Assembly: GCA_950097015.1 (NCBI GenBank)
Contig: CATNEN010000001.1
Location: forward strand, 21,948,001 to 22,012,000
Length of the DNA stretch: 64,000 bases
Source of the DNA: Macrostomum hystrix
Lineage: Eukaryota > Animalia > Platyhelminthes
Direction of reading: 5' to 3'
Of this stretch, positions 61,744 through 64,000 are shown one piece after another (the stretch's first letter is position 1; each line of letters starts with the position of its first letter). Both the position numbers and the translations under genes were made by a program. The notes beneath the pieces were generated by a model. That model worked only from the letters and a program-made list of their open reading frames with translations. It ran no database searches and had not been told where the DNA came from.

Positions 61744-61897
61744 AGACGATGAGCACGCATTGATAGCCGCCTACGCTGGGACATTGCGTCAGAGGCGCAG
61801 CAGCGGCTGCATTGGCCAGCCTTCGGCTCCGGCTTCGAATGTGGCTACCGTGGCAAGACAGATGCAGCTGCTGGAGGAGGAGAACCGGCGACTCCAG
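61744..61897 (+). CDS. Dys: Dystrophin-like exon 15: second syntrophin-binding motif, coiled coil 1
   Basis: ttcattctcag|A phase 2; DDEHALIAAY...LEEENRRLQ; CAG|gtgagg donor. Confidence 0.93.
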
Positions 61898-61916
61898 GTG
61901 AGGCTGGTTGACTCCT

Positions 61917-62410
61917 GTGGTGGCTTCTGGGGTGGCTTCTGGGGTGGCTTCTGGGGTGACTTCTGGGGTGGCTTCTGGGGTGGCTTCTGGGGTGGCTTCT
62001 GGGGCGGCTTCTGGGGTGGCTTCTGGGGTGGCTTCTGGGGTGGCTTCTGGGGTGGCATCTGGGTCTCAGGGAGATACGAAGGAGAGGATGGAGGAGAGGA
62101 AGGAGGAGAGGATGGAGGAGAGGATGGAGGAGAGGATGGAGGAGAGGATGGAGGAGAGGATGGAGGAGAGCATGGAGGAGAGGATGGAGGAGAGGATGGA
62201 GGAGAGGATGGAGGAGAGGATGGAGGAGAGGATGGAGGAGAGCATGGAGGAGAGGATGGAGGAGAGGATGGAGGAGAGGATGGAGGAGAGGATGGAGGAG
62301 AGGATGGAGGAGAGCATGGAGGAGAGGATGGAGGAGAGCATGGAGGAGAGGATGGAGGAGAGGAAGGAGGAGAGGATGGAGGAGAGGGTGGAGGAGAGGA
62401 TGGAGGAGAC
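61917..62410 (+). repeat. Two adjacent G-rich 12-mers: GGTGGCTTCTGG then GGAGGAGAGGAT
   Basis: intronic, starting ~20 nt after the donor at 61898. Confidence 0.93.
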
Positions 62411-63139
62411 GAAAGACCGAGTGGAGGATGTGATCGGATGTGGATGTGGAGTTATTGGTAAAGGGGAACAGTTTGTAGAGGAGGGCGAGAAGGTGAGGGA
62501 GGAGAGATAATAAGTAAAGGAGAATGGCCATTACTAATAAAGTCCAGCTAATTAAACTAAAAAGTTCCAATTCATGGCTGTGTAATGTTAGTCTTTTTCT
62601 CATAAAATTCAGGACAAAACTTATAATTTCACGGTCCATTGAATTCAGTAGCCTTAATTTTATTTAGAAATTGTTGTATTTTCGATTTGTTTGGATCAGA
62701 TATGGCAGTGCTACACACAAGACTATGCCCAGTACAGTATCTTGCAGTATTTTGATTAATGTTAAATTGCCTTCCTTACTCATCTGTCAACTCACACCAA
62801 AGCTGCTGCTGCTGCTGCTGACACTATAACTGTTCTAGAAGGAAATCCCCGACTTATAGATAAATTGCGGAGCTTATAGCTTGGGATCAAGCTGTCTCTA
62901 TAGCGTATAAACGCTGCCGAAATCCTGCATGAGATTGTGTGGCCAGAAAATATGCCAGCAGGATTTTGAGAGCATAAATCCTCAGCTGACCGCTGCATTC
63001 GTAATATCTGGTCTATAGCTAGTCATTCTGACCCATTCTAATTTATCCATTCAGATCTATACATTCTGATCTATCCATTCTGATCTATCCATTCTACTCG
63101 TTTTTTTCCTTTCAATTATTCTATTTGTTTTATTCGCAG

Positions 63140-63241
63140 GCCGAATACGAGCAGTTGAAGAACACAACCGCAGCTATTGGCTCTCCCTACTTTGTCAACC
63201 GGGCGGTCACGCCCGCCATGCCAGCAGCAACCACAACAGCA

Positions 63242-63277
<36 letters not shown>

Positions 63278-63997
63278 ACAGCCGGCGAACTCGACGGAGC
63301 TGCCGAGGCGCGAATGCTTCGAGCTCACAAGGGCCGCCTGGAGACCAGGATGTCGCTGCTGGAAGAGCACAACAGGCAGCTGGAGGGTCAACTGGCTCGG
63401 CTGCGCAGGATGCTGTCGGCCAGTCCCGGTCAACAGCAGAGGCCGCCGTCGATTCCCATGCTGTCGCCACCGCCGGCTGCGCCGCGGATGCCCTATCAGC
63501 AACATCAGCACCTGCGGACTGGCAGCTTCGGCTGCGTTTCAGATTCGGCCGAGCTCCTTCATCATCACCAGCAGCATCAGCATCATTTGCAGCAGCAGCT
63601 ACAGCAACAGCAGCATCAGCAGCAGCAGCAGCAGCAGCAGTTGCTTTATCAAGCTGCTCGCAGCAGTGGTGTCCATCTTCGTCAGCATCATCACTCAGGT
63701 GGTCACATCGGTGGCAGCGTCGGTAGCGTCGGCGCCGGTGGCGGTGTCGGCGGCGGCAGCAGCTTCATGCTCTCGTCTGGCAGTCTGGGACGCCACTCCG
63801 TTGACTCCTGCCCGATCTCAGTGTGCGGAGGCGGTGGCGTTGGCGGCAGCCGATCGTCCGTTGGTTCGCTCTTCGCTATGGCAGGACAGGTGAGCAATGC
63901 CATGGGCCAGCTGGTCGATGTCATGAATCTGGAGGAGGCCGCGGCATCAGGCGGCAACAGAGAGGCCTCAGCTGACGGAAAGGCCGCCAATGGCTGA
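63140..63997 (+). CDS. Dys: Dystrophin-like terminal exon: coiled coils and C-terminus
   Basis: tattcgcag| acceptor; [67 protein letters not shown]; TGA at 63995-63997. Confidence 0.95.
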
Positions 63998-64000
63998 GAC

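Noticed and set aside
61898-62461. GGFW / GGED repeat protein extension of ORF 61586
   Set aside because: Lies after a strong CAG|gtgagg donor; dystrophin homology resumes at 63140

Overview
Animal genomic DNA. GC- and CAG-rich exons sit in AT-rich introns packed with minisatellites, a style that suggests a free-living flatworm such as Macrostomum (inference only). The whole window is the 3' part of one dystrophin/utrophin-family gene on the + strand. I hand-assembled 16 GT-AG exons (1652..63997) with mutually compatible phases, totalling 7185 nt = 2394 aa + stop. They encode spectrin-like repeats, WW, EF-hands, a ZZ finger, two syntrophin-binding motifs, coiled coils and an ancestral-type C-terminus; the N-terminus is upstream of the window. 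The most interesting element is a ~2-kb ORF inside intron 10 (ATG 37618). It ends in a phase-1 donor that fits the next exon exactly, suggesting an internal-promoter dystrophin isoform with a unique ~680-aa N-terminus built on ~50 SGQQPSx heptads. A second, Dp116-like candidate first exon lies before the exon homologous to human exon 56. Introns also hold a tRNA-Ser(UGA), at least three tRNA-derived SINE families (one CORE-like; two sharing a covarying 3' RNA structure; one nested insertion with a 14-bp TSD), a TTAA-flanked MITE and more than 25 micro/minisatellites. Most long ORFs in the six-frame track are repeat artefacts.
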